Origin: a virus
DNA length: 64,000 nt
IMG/VR virus record: IMGVR_UViG_3300010371_000034
Location: 14,778 to 78,777 of that record
Strand: one strand, 5' to 3'
Every line of letters starts with the position of its first letter. The first letter of the stretch is position 1. This document shows, one piece after another, positions 18,713 to 27,979 of the stretch. The position numbers were made by a program, and so were the translations under genes. The notes beneath the pieces are model-generated. The model had not been told where the DNA came from. It did no database searches and saw only the letters and a program-made list of their open reading frames with translations.

Positions 18713-19580
18713 TCAATCAATTTCCTCTTGAGTCGTGCAAAAGCAGAAAGGGATGAGCCGGAGGGTAAAGAATTACCGCATACGGCCCCCCTTTCTGATC
18801 TACGTGAAACGGTTCTCCGATGTTGACCGTCTTGCCATCCAGCGATAGGCATTGTTCGCACGCGTCCGCGCTGGCCAGCCAGCTGTGCCGCTTGACTCCC
18901 GCCTCTACTGCCGCCATCATCTGCCCTCCATGCACGGCGCGCGAGCCCTCGGTCGCCGCTATACGAAACGCTCGCATGGGGTCCGCGAAGATCATCCGCA
19001 CCTTCTTGGCCAACAAAGCCACCGCGTCGCCCTGCGGCAAGCCCTCCCGCATCAGCCTGCGCAGGTCGTCCAGCGCATCGCCTAGCTCGCGTGTAGCCGT
19101 CTCGTTGGTCTCCCGGCAGAACGCATAGGCGGCTGCGTCGACCGCGTCCAGCACCTTAGGGTTGAACAGGTCGAACGAGAAGCCCAGGTCCTCTGTCTTG
19201 CGCTGGCCCGACGCCTTGCAGACCAGCCGCTTGCGGACCAGCGTGAGCATTGGAGCTGACCGCTGCTCCATCCTGGGGCCAAAAATCGACTCATTGCCCG
19301 GCTGGTGCCTGCGCATGCCGTCCATGCTCGGCGCGGGAACCCGCGGCATGTCCGCCTCGGCACGCTTGCCCAGCTTCGCCGCGATCCTGGCGGACGCCTG
19401 CACCATCCCCTGCTGCCACATCTCCAGCAGCAGCGGCTTGACGGCGTCGGCGGTCGCGCGCACCCAGCCCGACGTGTCCGGCGGCGGGTCGCCCGGCCGC
19501 ACCTTTGACAGCACGTCCCGCGCCTGCTGCTGGTACAGCAGGTTGAGCAGTCGCATCAGCTTGGTCGGGTTGTTGCTCAC
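18713..19580 (-). CDS. MuF/SPP1 gp7-like minor head protein; last codons require a +1 shift near 18748
   Basis: RA.RIA.TE.SRA...G, W.AS.DAC..C..LDG, PPAHP; the terminal CxC (FCFCTT) lies in the +1 frame. Confidence 0.85.
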
Positions 19581-19810
19581 CTATTGTTCTCATCACAGTA
19601 GACGATGTCGGGCTGCTCGGCGACTAACTGTGCTAGAGCCACGCCCTGCTCCTCGGTCAATGTGCTCTCATATGACACCGCGATGGTCGGCGTCTCGTTG
19701 ACTTCAACGTGCAGCGATATCGCCCTCACCTGCTTGCCTTCCAAGCCGAGAATCTTGGCAATCTTTGCGCCCAAAGCGTTCGCAGTTCCGGTCCTGATTA
19801 TGCTCGCCAT
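19577..19810 (-). CDS. hypothetical protein
   Basis: GTGA overlap with MuF start. Confidence 0.55.
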   Translation of the reverse strand: MASIIRTGTANALGAKIAKILGLEGKQVRAISLHVEVNETPTIAVSYESTLTEEQGVALAQLVAEQPDIVYCDENNR

Positions 19811-19814
19811 AAAA

Positions 19815-20057
19815 TTACTTACTCAAAAATATGCCGGCTTCCACCTTCTCCAGCGCGTCGTACCATGCATCATCTGGGTCGGGAAACGCCCGGCTCACCT
19901 GCACGTCGCGCACCCAGCTGCCCCTGATCACCGTCGCCTCGATGTACCAGCCATTGGGGCTGTGCACCAGCCGGGCCATACCATATCTGCGCTGCACAGC
20001 CATCGCGGCCTTCATCCAGCCCATGCTGTGCTTGGCTTGCAGGAACCTGGTTGTCAT
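19815..20057 (-). CDS. hypothetical protein
   Basis: ORF in operon orientation. Confidence 0.45.
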   Translation of the reverse strand: MTTRFLQAKHSMGWMKAAMAVQRRYGMARLVHSPNGWYIEATVIRGSWVRDVQVSRAFPDPDDAWYDALEKVEAGIFLSK

Positions 20058-20060
20058 AAG

Positions 20061-20131
20061 CACCCGTCGGAGGAATCGAACCTCCTGTTCGGCCTAACTT
20101 GGATGTAGGCTTAACCGCCACGTTCGCGGAT
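20061..20131 (-). tRNA. degenerate tRNA-like element (possible Trp-CCA-like loop)
   Basis: perfect T arm GGAGG-TTCGATT-CCTCC and 5-bp GCCTA/TAGGC anticodon-like stem; weak acceptor stem and D arm. Confidence 0.4.
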
Positions 20132-20239
20132 CGCAGCTTTTCGGCTCTGCTGCCAGCACGGGTAATTGCCGACCGCGACCCCAGCTAGAGCATCGCGGTC
20201 GGCCCTCGGTGGATCGACGCGATCCGCCGCTCCCAAGCA

Positions 20240-20422
20240 CTATCGACAGCCACCCTGTCCACCGCGATGCGCGAAATGCCCGTTGAACGGGTGCAGCACT
20301 CGGTGGACCACCCTGCAGCCGAACCCGCCGCGGCTTCCGCCGCGACTGCAACCGGCCTCGATTCCCTGCACGGCCGCCAGCATCATCGCCAGGGCCAGCG
20401 CGAACATCACGAGAACCTTCAT
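20240..20422 (-). CDS. small secreted Gly/Arg/Cys-rich peptide
   Basis: MKVLVMFALALAMMLAAVQGIEA signal peptide; AGGAG RBS. Confidence 0.55.
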   Translation of the reverse strand: MKVLVMFALALAMMLAAVQGIEAGCSRGGSRGGFGCRVVHRVLHPFNGHFAHRGGQGGCR

Positions 20423-20682
20423 CACGCTTCTCCTTGTTGTTGCTTGGCGGCCATCTCCCTGGCATGTGCTCCGCAGATGCAACCCGCCATGATGTTGCAC
20501 CGGCATTCCAGCATCGCGCAGCTAGGGTTTACCATGAACGTGGTGGCGTCGTCCAACGTCACCACCAGCGCTCCATACTCGTTGATCGAGGACACAGTTC
20601 CACGGCGACCAGCGAACTCGTTCACCCTGAGCTCGCCGTCGTCCTTGAGCACCACCCTGTCCCCGACCTTGAACGAGATCAC
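20422..20682 (-). CDS. small SH3/KOW-like protein (FKVGDRVVLK...)
   Basis: GGAGG RBS, GTGA overlap, F.VGDRV motif. Confidence 0.5.
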   Translation of the reverse strand: MISFKVGDRVVLKDDGELRVNEFAGRRGTVSSINEYGALVVTLDDATTFMVNPSCAMLECRCNIMAGCICGAHAREMAAKQQQGEA

Positions 20683-21071
20683 GAAACAGCCTCCAGGTTG
20701 CCCGCTGCCGTCACCGGCTGCGCATTGCCGCCGGAGAACAGGCAGTCGGGGAACGTCACGTTGCCCTGATACGTCAGTCCGTCCGCGTAGCGCAGCGTTG
20801 CGAATGCGACTATCGCTTTGGCCACCACGCTCGGCAGGCTGACTATGAACACGTTGCCTGCCGCGTCCTGCCCTTGGCCAGTGCACGCGGCAACCGTGGC
20901 CACGTCCGGGAACCGCAGGAAGTGCATCTGTACCGGCGTCGGTGGGATGGTCACGGTGAACGTGGTACCGTCCTCGCAGGTCAGCATCATCGGCTCCTCC
21001 GCCGTCATCCGGTGGAGGAACCCGTCGCGCGATACAGACATCTTCGGGCAGTACAAGCTGACCTTCATCAT
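20679..21071 (-). CDS. hypothetical protein (MMKVSLYCPK...)
   Basis: ATGA overlap with upstream gene. Confidence 0.5.
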   Translation of the reverse strand: MMKVSLYCPKMSVSRDGFLHRMTAEEPMMLTCEDGTTFTVTIPPTPVQMHFLRFPDVATVAACTGQGQDAAGNVFIVSLPSVVAKAIVAFATLRYADGLTYQGNVTFPDCLFSGGNAQPVTAAGNLEAVS

Positions 21072-22072
21072 CGCACCTCGATCGGCCACCTGTGGTCGAT
21101 GTTGCCGGACTCGTCGAACGGCCGCCACGAGAACCGACCGTCGTCCCCCCACCGCACCCTGCGGTAGATGCGCCCAGGCACGTCGTGGATGGTCGCGGTG
21201 GTCGAGTGGCACGACGCGCACGACCGTTCCAATCCATTGTACCCGACCGGGAACTTGGTTTTGTCGCGGAATGGTATCGAAGTTTCCCAGTCGGAGTCGC
21301 CCTTGACCTGCTGGCGGACCTCGAACACCTGGCCATCGTTGTTGAGCAAGATGTCCAAGGCCCTGGTGCCTTCTGGGAAGCTCCACCGGATAAGCGGCGT
21401 CGGCGCGAACGCCCGCACGTCCACCGATTGCTTCCACACGACGATCTTCTTTCCCTGCGGCACCTCGATCCTCTTCACGCTCTTGAAGGAGTGGCCCAGC
21501 ATGCCGCCCGACACCGTCATCTCCGGGTGCTCGTCGTGCAGCGTATCGACCTGCATGTAGGGGATCGAGTTCATGGTGAATAGGTTCTGGTAGCGCGGAG
21601 CCAGTTGGTAGAACCACCCTCGGCCCAGCTTGACCTCCTTGGGCAGCAGCTTGGCCAAACGCTCCTGCTCAGCTTGCGGCAGCCACGGACCCGCGGCGTC
21701 GGCGCTACCGTCAGCAGTTGGTCGGCCGGGTGAGCCATCGAAAGGGGGTTGGACCAACGCCTCCCTCCCTTCCTGTATCGCTATGTGCACGTTTTCAGGC
21801 GTCGGTTCCTTGACTTTGAGCGCGCTGAACCACCCTCGGCCGTCGGGAGTCAGCACGATCACGCGGGCCGGACCCTCAAGCATCACCTCCATCGACAGCG
21901 CGCCGGTGACCGGCTTTATCTTCTGGTTGACGAACACCACCAGCGGCGTGTTGGCCTTCAGCGACTTGAGCACGGTCGGGTTCTTCTGCGGCAGGCTCAA
22001 CTGCTGCTCCTGGCCGATGGCGACTGCCACCAGCGCCAACACCGCTGCGCACGAACATAGCTTCCACATCAT
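21068..22072 (-). CDS. secreted protein with C-terminal CxxCH: putative c-type cytochrome (P460-like pattern)
   Basis: N-terminal signal peptide; FPEGT....L....G.VFEVR...K....W followed by SCASCH. Confidence 0.55.
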   Translation of the reverse strand: MMWKLCSCAAVLALVAVAIGQEQQLSLPQKNPTVLKSLKANTPLVVFVNQKIKPVTGALSMEVMLEGPARVIVLTPDGRGWFSALKVKEPTPENVHIAIQEGREALVQPPFDGSPGRPTADGSADAAGPWLPQAEQERLAKLLPKEVKLGRGWFYQLAPRYQNLFTMNSIPYMQVDTLHDEHPEMTVSGGMLGHSFKSVKRIEVPQGKKIVVWKQSVDVRAFAPTPLIRWSFPEGTRALDILLNNDGQVFEVRQQVKGDSDWETSIPFRDKTKFPVGYNGLERSCASCHSTTATIHDVPGRIYRRVRWGDDGRFSWRPFDESGNIDHRWPIEVR

Positions 22073-22130
22073 CTCACCAACCCTCCAAATGGTTGCGGGC
22101 GAGGTCCATCGAAACACTACTCCGGTTGTT

Positions 22131-22259
22131 TCACTTCCTGACTTCTTTGGGTATGCTCGGCCCGCCGTGGCAGGCGGCGCACAGCAGCTTGCCGCTGTTG
22201 TTGCGGATCAGCACGCCGCGCCTGCCGCAGTTCTGGCACTTGCCGTAGGTCGAGGCCAT
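22131..22259 (-). CDS. 42-aa Zn-finger-like peptide (MASTYGKCQNCG...LCAACH)
   Basis: translated by hand; GGAG RBS; below ORF-track cutoff. Confidence 0.5.
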   Translation of the reverse strand: MASTYGKCQNCGRRGVLIRNNSGKLLCAACHGGPSIPKEVRK

Positions 22260-22260
22260 A

Positions 22261-22557
22261 TCACAACTCCATCAATTCCATTATAGCGACCAGCAGGGCC
22301 GAGGTCCGGTTGCGCCGGGTTATGTCCTCGTCCCTGTAAAAAGGGGCGTAGAACCGCTCGCTGCCGGAGCTAGGGCCGTAGAGGACGCGGTTGGCATCGG
22401 GGGTCGAAGGCGGCACGATGTAGCCGCCTGACGCGCCGGAAGACTCCTTCAGGCTGGGCTGGACGATGACCGGCTGGGATGGTGGCGGAATCACGCCGGC
22501 GGCATATCCCTGCGTCACCAGCTCGTCGCTCAGTAGTCCTTGAACAATGACGAACAT
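22261..22557 (-). CDS. hypothetical virion-associated protein (MFVIVQGLLS...)
   Basis: TGATG coupling; contains capsid-like SGASGGYIVPP motif. Confidence 0.55.
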   Translation of the reverse strand: MFVIVQGLLSDELVTQGYAAGVIPPPSQPVIVQPSLKESSGASGGYIVPPSTPDANRVLYGPSSGSERFYAPFYRDEDITRRNRTSALLVAIMELMEL

Positions 22558-22670
22558 CAGGAGGCCGCCTTGTATCCCTGGGTGATGACGAAGCTGTAGA
22601 CGACCGGGCCACCGGCGTACCCCTGGGAGAGCAATCTGGGCGACAACAGTCCCTGCACCACGATGCACAT
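22557..22670 (-). CDS. 37-aa peptide paralogous to the next gene's N-terminus (MCIVVQGLLSPRLLSQGYAGG...)
   Basis: hand translation; fills the gap exactly between flanking genes. Confidence 0.55.
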   Translation of the reverse strand: MCIVVQGLLSPRLLSQGYAGGPVVYSFVITQGYKAAS

Positions 22671-22671
22671 G

Positions 22672-25101
22672 TTAGGTCCTCGAAGTCGGCGCCGTTGCGC
22701 TGTCCAGCGTGAACGTCCTGACCACCGTCGTGCCGTTGGCGGCGTACAGGGTCAGCGTGGTTCCCACCAACGTCCACTTGCCGAACCCCTGTGCGCGGGC
22801 GGCGTTGAGCGCGTCGCCCACCGTCTGCGCGGTGTTGCTGGTCGGCACCGCCTGGGTCATGTCTTGCTGCATCACGTCGCCCGGCACCGCGAACCCGGTC
22901 GCGGTCACCCAGTGGATCGCGCCGTAGGACTCGATGCTGGTGACGGCGCCCGACACGTCCGATGCCGCCGCAAGCGTGCTGCCCGGATCGTGACCCGCGA
23001 GCGTGCCCAGGTTGGTCGCCAGCGAGTTGGTCCATTGCGCGGTGCTCAGCGCCGTGGCTGCCGGTGCCCGACCGCTGATGGTGTCGTCTATGTCCGTCGC
23101 GAGCAGTAGCCCTATGCTCCCCGCCACGTTGAAGTCTCCGCCGGCCAGTAGGTCCTGCCACACGGCCGCGGCGTTCTCCGCTGCGGTCGGGGCGGTGGCA
23201 CCTGGGATGGAATCGAACGGCAGTACCGCGAACGTGGTGGTGTTGTCTGGAACCACGGACCACGCCGCCACCGTGGCCACCTTGGTCGTGCCGTCGTAAG
23301 CAGTGCAGAACCGTGCCTGTCCGGCACCCGTGCCGCCCGTCAGGTAGATGATGTCGTTGGCGTAGTATCCGTCAGCGGAGCTCGCCGAGGCATCCAGCGT
23401 GATTGACGTCGCTCCGCCTGCCTGCGCCGTGTCGCTGCGGACGGTCTGCAACCCCGTGTCTGGGTCGAACGACGCCCGCGTGATGCCGCCGGCCGCTATA
23501 CTTCCAACGGTGGTGATCGTGCCAGCCGTGATGTTGGTGGGCGTCGCCAGGCCCGCCTGTATCGCGGCGACGGCCGTGGCGTTGGGTGCGTTGACCAGGT
23601 CCATCTGGTCGCCCGGAACCGCGAAGCCAACAGCAGTGCTCCAAGTCGAATCTCCGTGACTCGCCAGACCGTCCAAAGTTGTTATCGTTCCGGACGCCTG
23701 CACCGGGCTTCCGACGGCGGCCAAAACCAAGGTCTCATCCGCGATGTCGTTGACAGGTAGCTTGTTGTAGATGCTGGTCAAGTGCATTTGGTCCGTCACG
23801 GTGAACACAGCCGTGGCGAAGTCAACCGTCTGTGCATACGCAGACAGGGTATAGGTGACGGTCGTTATGGTCGCCGAACCGTCGAACCTGATCTGCTCCA
23901 GCGTCGGCGTCGACCCCGGCGTGTAGGTCCAGCGATACACGCCCGTGGCCGGGTTGGTCGCGGCAGACAAATTGGCGGACAAGTCGCCGCTGACCATGCC
24001 GGTGGCTGTGAGCGTCGGCGTGGTGTCGGCATTGACCGCGCTGCCGGTCAGCGCATCATATGTACGCATCTCGACCGTGTACGTCTCATCTGGTTCGTAT
24101 TGTCCGACAGTGGTCAAGAGTAGGTGCTTGCTGGCAGATTGGTTGATGGCAGCGATGTCGGCGTGAGAGGCAACCGCACCACCGACGTTGAGATTGTCGA
24201 TGTATCCCGCCCGCGCACTCGTCCACTGCGCCGTGCTGAGAGCTGTTGCGGCGAGCGCCCAGTCGCCTTTGCCGTTCAGCGCGCTCGCCGCGATGCCGGC
24301 GGCCGTCAGCCAGTTGTTGGGAATGCTCGGCAGGTTGGTCAGGTTGGTGGTCGTCGTGATGGTTCCGGCTGTGATGTTCGTGGTACTGGCGATGGTGGCG
24401 TTGGGGAAAGTTATCGTGCCCGATGCTGACACCGTCTGCCCGTTGAGCTGCTCCGCATCACCCTTGACTAGAGCCGACGCCCCGGTGCCGCTGAAGTTGA
24501 TAGGCTGCGTTGTGCCCATGTTGGCGCCCACCGTGGTGACGCTGGTGGTGGCCACACCGTTGATCTTCGCCGCGTCAGCCTGCCCCACGCCGCCCGACAC
24601 GCTCAGCTGCGCCATACCTGTGCCTGCCGTGATCAATGCACCGGCTGTCGGGTTGGTGGTGCCCTTCAACCCTTGCAGCGCGAAGTTCACGTCGTAGGGG
24701 TTGACCGTCCGCAGCGGTATCGTCACGTCGCAGTTGCTCATGCCAGAGACGCCGCTGATCGATATCAGCAGGCTCTTGGCGCTGGACACCGCGAAGCGCG
24801 CGTCGGCGATCTGTATCTCGTAGATGCCGGGATGGTTGGTGTTGTCCACCAGCTTGAACCGACACTTGGTCGCAGTCGGCGCGGCGTAGGTGCCCAGCGT
24901 CGTGATGGTCTCGATGGTCGAGCCGGCCTGGGTGTAGGTAGTCGGCGTCGCCTCGTCGTCGGCGATCGTCGAGATGATCAGGCCGGTGCTTGCGCTGGTC
25001 AGCGCCGTTATCCCATTACCTGGGTTGGCTCCGGTGGTGTCCTGCCGCAGCTTGACCCGCAGGATAATTGACGTCTGTCCGAGCGTGTAGTCGATCAGCA
25101 T
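22672..25101 (-). CDS. large Thr/Ala-rich virion structural protein (fibre-like)
   Basis: 809 aa with internal repeats (TNITAGTITT x2, ATALSTAQWT x2, GFAVPGD x2). Confidence 0.7.
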   Translation of the reverse strand: MLIDYTLGQTSIILRVKLRQDTTGANPGNGITALTSASTGLIISTIADDEATPTTYTQAGSTIETITTLGTYAAPTATKCRFKLVDNTNHPGIYEIQIADARFAVSSAKSLLISISGVSGMSNCDVTIPLRTVNPYDVNFALQGLKGTTNPTAGALITAGTGMAQLSVSGGVGQADAAKINGVATTSVTTVGANMGTTQPINFSGTGASALVKGDAEQLNGQTVSASGTITFPNATIASTTNITAGTITTTTNLTNLPSIPNNWLTAAGIAASALNGKGDWALAATALSTAQWTSARAGYIDNLNVGGAVASHADIAAINQSASKHLLLTTVGQYEPDETYTVEMRTYDALTGSAVNADTTPTLTATGMVSGDLSANLSAATNPATGVYRWTYTPGSTPTLEQIRFDGSATITTVTYTLSAYAQTVDFATAVFTVTDQMHLTSIYNKLPVNDIADETLVLAAVGSPVQASGTITTLDGLASHGDSTWSTAVGFAVPGDQMDLVNAPNATAVAAIQAGLATPTNITAGTITTVGSIAAGGITRASFDPDTGLQTVRSDTAQAGGATSITLDASASSADGYYANDIIYLTGGTGAGQARFCTAYDGTTKVATVAAWSVVPDNTTTFAVLPFDSIPGATAPTAAENAAAVWQDLLAGGDFNVAGSIGLLLATDIDDTISGRAPAATALSTAQWTNSLATNLGTLAGHDPGSTLAAASDVSGAVTSIESYGAIHWVTATGFAVPGDVMQQDMTQAVPTSNTAQTVGDALNAARAQGFGKWTLVGTTLTLYAANGTTVVRTFTLDSATAPTSRT

Positions 25102-26156
25102 TATAAGCTCCCCATGCCCATAGATGACATTCCGCCAGTTGAATCATTGTCGAGATACGGCCATACCTGTGCAGTGATGGCAGCTGAACCGCCAAAACGT
25201 ACACTTTTTCCTGTTCCTGTTGGCAACGTCCCAGGATTTGAGTATTTGCTCCCAAACCCACTGCTCCAGGGATAGGCTGTCACGTAGGGAGAACCCGCAT
25301 GACCTACTGAAATATCAGTCCCAGCCATTGAAAACGATACGCCGTAACCTGATCCAGATGGTAACGTGCCTGGGTTAGAATACTTGGTTCCGAATCCACT
25401 TGACCACGGATATGCTGTGATATTAGGCGAGTTATTGTGAGCCAGAGCGATATCGTTGCCCGATGGTGAAAATGATACATCCTTGCCTGCAAATCCTGAT
25501 GGCAATGTTCCAGGATTGGTGTATTTTGTTCCAAATCCACTGCTCCAGTGATACGCTGTTATGTACGGAGAGTTGGAATGTCCAATCGCCACATCATTGC
25601 CCGAAGGAGCAAATGCAATGGCTCCTCCGGTTCCAGGTAAGCCTGATACCGGATTAGCGTACTTGGAGCCGAAACCGCTGCTCCAGGGATACGCTGTCAC
25701 GTATGGAGATGAATTATGTGCTACCCCTATGGCATTGCTTGACGGGGTAAAACTAACTTTGTTCCCTTGCCCTGCCGGAAGAGTACCTGGATTGGAGTAT
25801 TTGCTGCCAAAGCCTGCGCTCCAAGGATACGCCGTGACAAATGGACTGGTACCATGTGATACCGCGATATCCGATCCAGCAGGCGTAAATGATATTCCAA
25901 ACGCGTTTCCTGCTGGAAGCGTCCCTGGGTTGGAGTACTTTGTTCCGAAACCACCGCTCCAGGGATACGCCGTGACAAATGGAGTGATTATATGCGCTAC
26001 AGCTAAACTCGTCGCTGATAGAGAAAACCCGACACCGCCACCGGCATTGGACGGCAGTGTCCCTGGGTTAGAATATTTGGAGCCGAAACCGCTGCTCCAG
26101 GGATACGCTGTCACGTATGGAGATGAATTATGCCCCACGACTATGTAACTCGACAT
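25101..26156 (-). CDS. seven-bladed beta-propeller repeat protein
   Basis: ~43-aa repeats H..SPYVTAYPWSSGFGSKYSNPGTLP; lower GC than flanks. Confidence 0.8.
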   Translation of the reverse strand: MSSYIVVGHNSSPYVTAYPWSSGFGSKYSNPGTLPSNAGGGVGFSLSATSLAVAHIITPFVTAYPWSGGFGTKYSNPGTLPAGNAFGISFTPAGSDIAVSHGTSPFVTAYPWSAGFGSKYSNPGTLPAGQGNKVSFTPSSNAIGVAHNSSPYVTAYPWSSGFGSKYANPVSGLPGTGGAIAFAPSGNDVAIGHSNSPYITAYHWSSGFGTKYTNPGTLPSGFAGKDVSFSPSGNDIALAHNNSPNITAYPWSSGFGTKYSNPGTLPSGSGYGVSFSMAGTDISVGHAGSPYVTAYPWSSGFGSKYSNPGTLPTGTGKSVRFGGSAAITAQVWPYLDNDSTGGMSSMGMGSL

Positions 26157-26164
26157 AAAATCGC

Positions 26165-26566
26165 CTACTTCTGTTGAGAAATACGGGTTACAGCAGCCGC
26201 TCGCCTCGGACCTTGCGGCAGCTGCTTGCACAGCCCGCGGTAAACCATCTCGACCATCATCGCCGCCGTCCTGTTGGTGATCAGGTCATGGGTTATCTTG
26301 TCGCGCATCTGGAGCTTGGCAGCGACCAGGTAGTCCTCCGGCATGTCCTTCAGAGCCGCTGCCAGCTTCTCCCGGTCCAGGCCGCGGCAGTGGCGGATGT
26401 TCTCCGGCCACTCCTTGGGCACCGACGGGTCGGCCTCCAGCTCCGCCAGCAGCGACTCGTAGTTGAGCCGGTTCAGCTCGTAGTGGTGGTGCTCCTTCTC
26501 GCGCTCCACGATGGCGCGCGCCACCACATCGTCCTGGTAATCCTGCGTAACATGATCGTACTTCAC
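26165..26566 (-). CDS. hypothetical helical protein
   Basis: GGAGG RBS, operon context. Confidence 0.55.
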   Translation of the reverse strand: MKYDHVTQDYQDDVVARAIVEREKEHHHYELNRLNYESLLAELEADPSVPKEWPENIRHCRGLDREKLAAALKDMPEDYLVAAKLQMRDKITHDLITNRTAAMMVEMVYRGLCKQLPQGPRRAAAVTRISQQK

Positions 26567-26578
26567 TGTCAGTCCTCC

Positions 26579-27418
26579 CTATAAGCGAGGCAGGTACCTG
26601 CGCTGCGCCAGTTGTTGGATGAACGAAAACTGCCTGTCGAGGTGCTCCGACAAGTCGTCCGGAAGCACGCCGACCCACGACTCGCCTATGTCCGGTTCGA
26701 CAACTTTGCGGACCTCGTGCAGCCCCATCCCGTAGACCGTGTCGTCTTCCTTGACCATCTGCACCACGTTGTTTGGGTCGCACGTGAACGATTCGACGCC
26801 GCACTCCTCGCACACCCGCTTGACCGTCTCGATCGGTCGGTGGGTCAGCTCGTGGTACGGCACGATAACCAGCCTGTCCTGCAGCCCGCGCTCGAAGGCG
26901 TCTTGCAGGCAGTTGACCACGTACCCTATCGTATGGTCGATGCTGCACAGCCGCTCCGCCCTGCCGCGGACGGTAAGCGTGCGGTAGACGTCGTTGCCCG
27001 ACAGCGGGTGGTCGGTTACGAACGACTTGCGGTATAACTTCTCGAACGACGCCACCACGTCCCTGATGTCCCGAATCGGAACTATCACCTTTATCTTGCG
27101 TCCCAGCACCGCCTCCAGCAGCTCGATCTTGGACAGGTGGCCGCGGCTTTTGTCGAATACATGCTTGCCCAGCGACAGTTCGCGTGCGTAGAACCCCTCA
27201 ACCATCCCGTGCATCGACGCCACCACGCGCGGCTCGATCTGCTTCAAGCCTTGGGCGATGAACGTCGGGCGCTGCATCCACACGTCACGCACCGTGCACA
27301 GCAGGTCCAGCAGCCCGTCGTTGGTCGGCGTGCAGTGGTGTCGCGGGCACTGCGCAAGCAGGTTCTGCAGCAGCGTGCTGCCCGACCTCGGCATGCCGGA
27401 TGAGAAGAATATCGTCAC
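26579..27418 (-). CDS. sulfotransferase family protein
   Basis: 5'-PSB SGMPRSGSTLL, DKSR, 3'-PB IRDIRDVVASF, V.Y.EL...P. Confidence 0.88.
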   Translation of the reverse strand: MTIFFSSGMPRSGSTLLQNLLAQCPRHHCTPTNDGLLDLLCTVRDVWMQRPTFIAQGLKQIEPRVVASMHGMVEGFYARELSLGKHVFDKSRGHLSKIELLEAVLGRKIKVIVPIRDIRDVVASFEKLYRKSFVTDHPLSGNDVYRTLTVRGRAERLCSIDHTIGYVVNCLQDAFERGLQDRLVIVPYHELTHRPIETVKRVCEECGVESFTCDPNNVVQMVKEDDTVYGMGLHEVRKVVEPDIGESWVGVLPDDLSEHLDRQFSFIQQLAQRRYLPRL

Positions 27419-27427
27419 GCTATCTCC

Positions 27428-27979
27428 TTAAACCCGCTCCACCTCGGACACCTTGCCATCGTCCGAGTGCCTGACCACCAGTCGCGTGGGCCTCTCCATC
27501 TTCTCCATCCGCTTGACCAGCCCCGCCAGCGTCGCGATCATCTCCCTATTGGACCGCTCGATCGCACCCATCGTATCGGCGTTGGCCTTGACGAAGGACT
27601 TGACCAGCTGCTCGATCGACTCCGACAGCGCGATCCCTTGGCTTTCGATCGCGTCGACCACGCCTGAGAAATCCACCACGGCGTCTGCCGGCTTGACCGT
27701 CACCTCGTTGACCGGCTGCATCACCGCAATCGATGCGCTCAGTTGCTTGATCGCCTCCAGCACCACCCCCTGGTCCACCGCTACGCGCTCGTTGTGGAGC
27801 AGTACGTCGGCCAATCCCTTCTCGATACCGTCGGCTAAGCTCTGCTGGTCCACCACCGGCCGGTCGGCCTGGTATTCAAGTGCGTTCAGGCGCTTGACCA
27901 ATGGCTGGAGCACCCGCTCCTTGATCGAGTCCACCAGCGCCTTGACCTTGACGCCGTCGCTGACGGTAATCGCGCTCAT
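27428..27979 (-). CDS. coiled-coil hypothetical protein
   Basis: ATGA overlap with portal stop. Confidence 0.55.
   Translation of the reverse strand: MSAITVSDGVKVKALVDSIKERVLQPLVKRLNALEYQADRPVVDQQSLADGIEKGLADVLLHNERVAVDQGVVLEAIKQLSASIAVMQPVNEVTVKPADAVVDFSGVVDAIESQGIALSESIEQLVKSFVKANADTMGAIERSNREMIATLAGLVKRMEKMERPTRLVVRHSDDGKVSEVERV

Noticed and set aside
22131-22259. CAACH as a second heme-binding protein
   Set aside because: No signal peptide, and it pairs with an upstream CQNC, so a zinc finger is more likely
25200-26140. Regular ~130-bp repeats as CRISPR array or DGR template/variable repeat
   Set aside because: Repeats are in-frame propeller blades with synonymous divergence; no unique spacers, cas genes or reverse transcriptase
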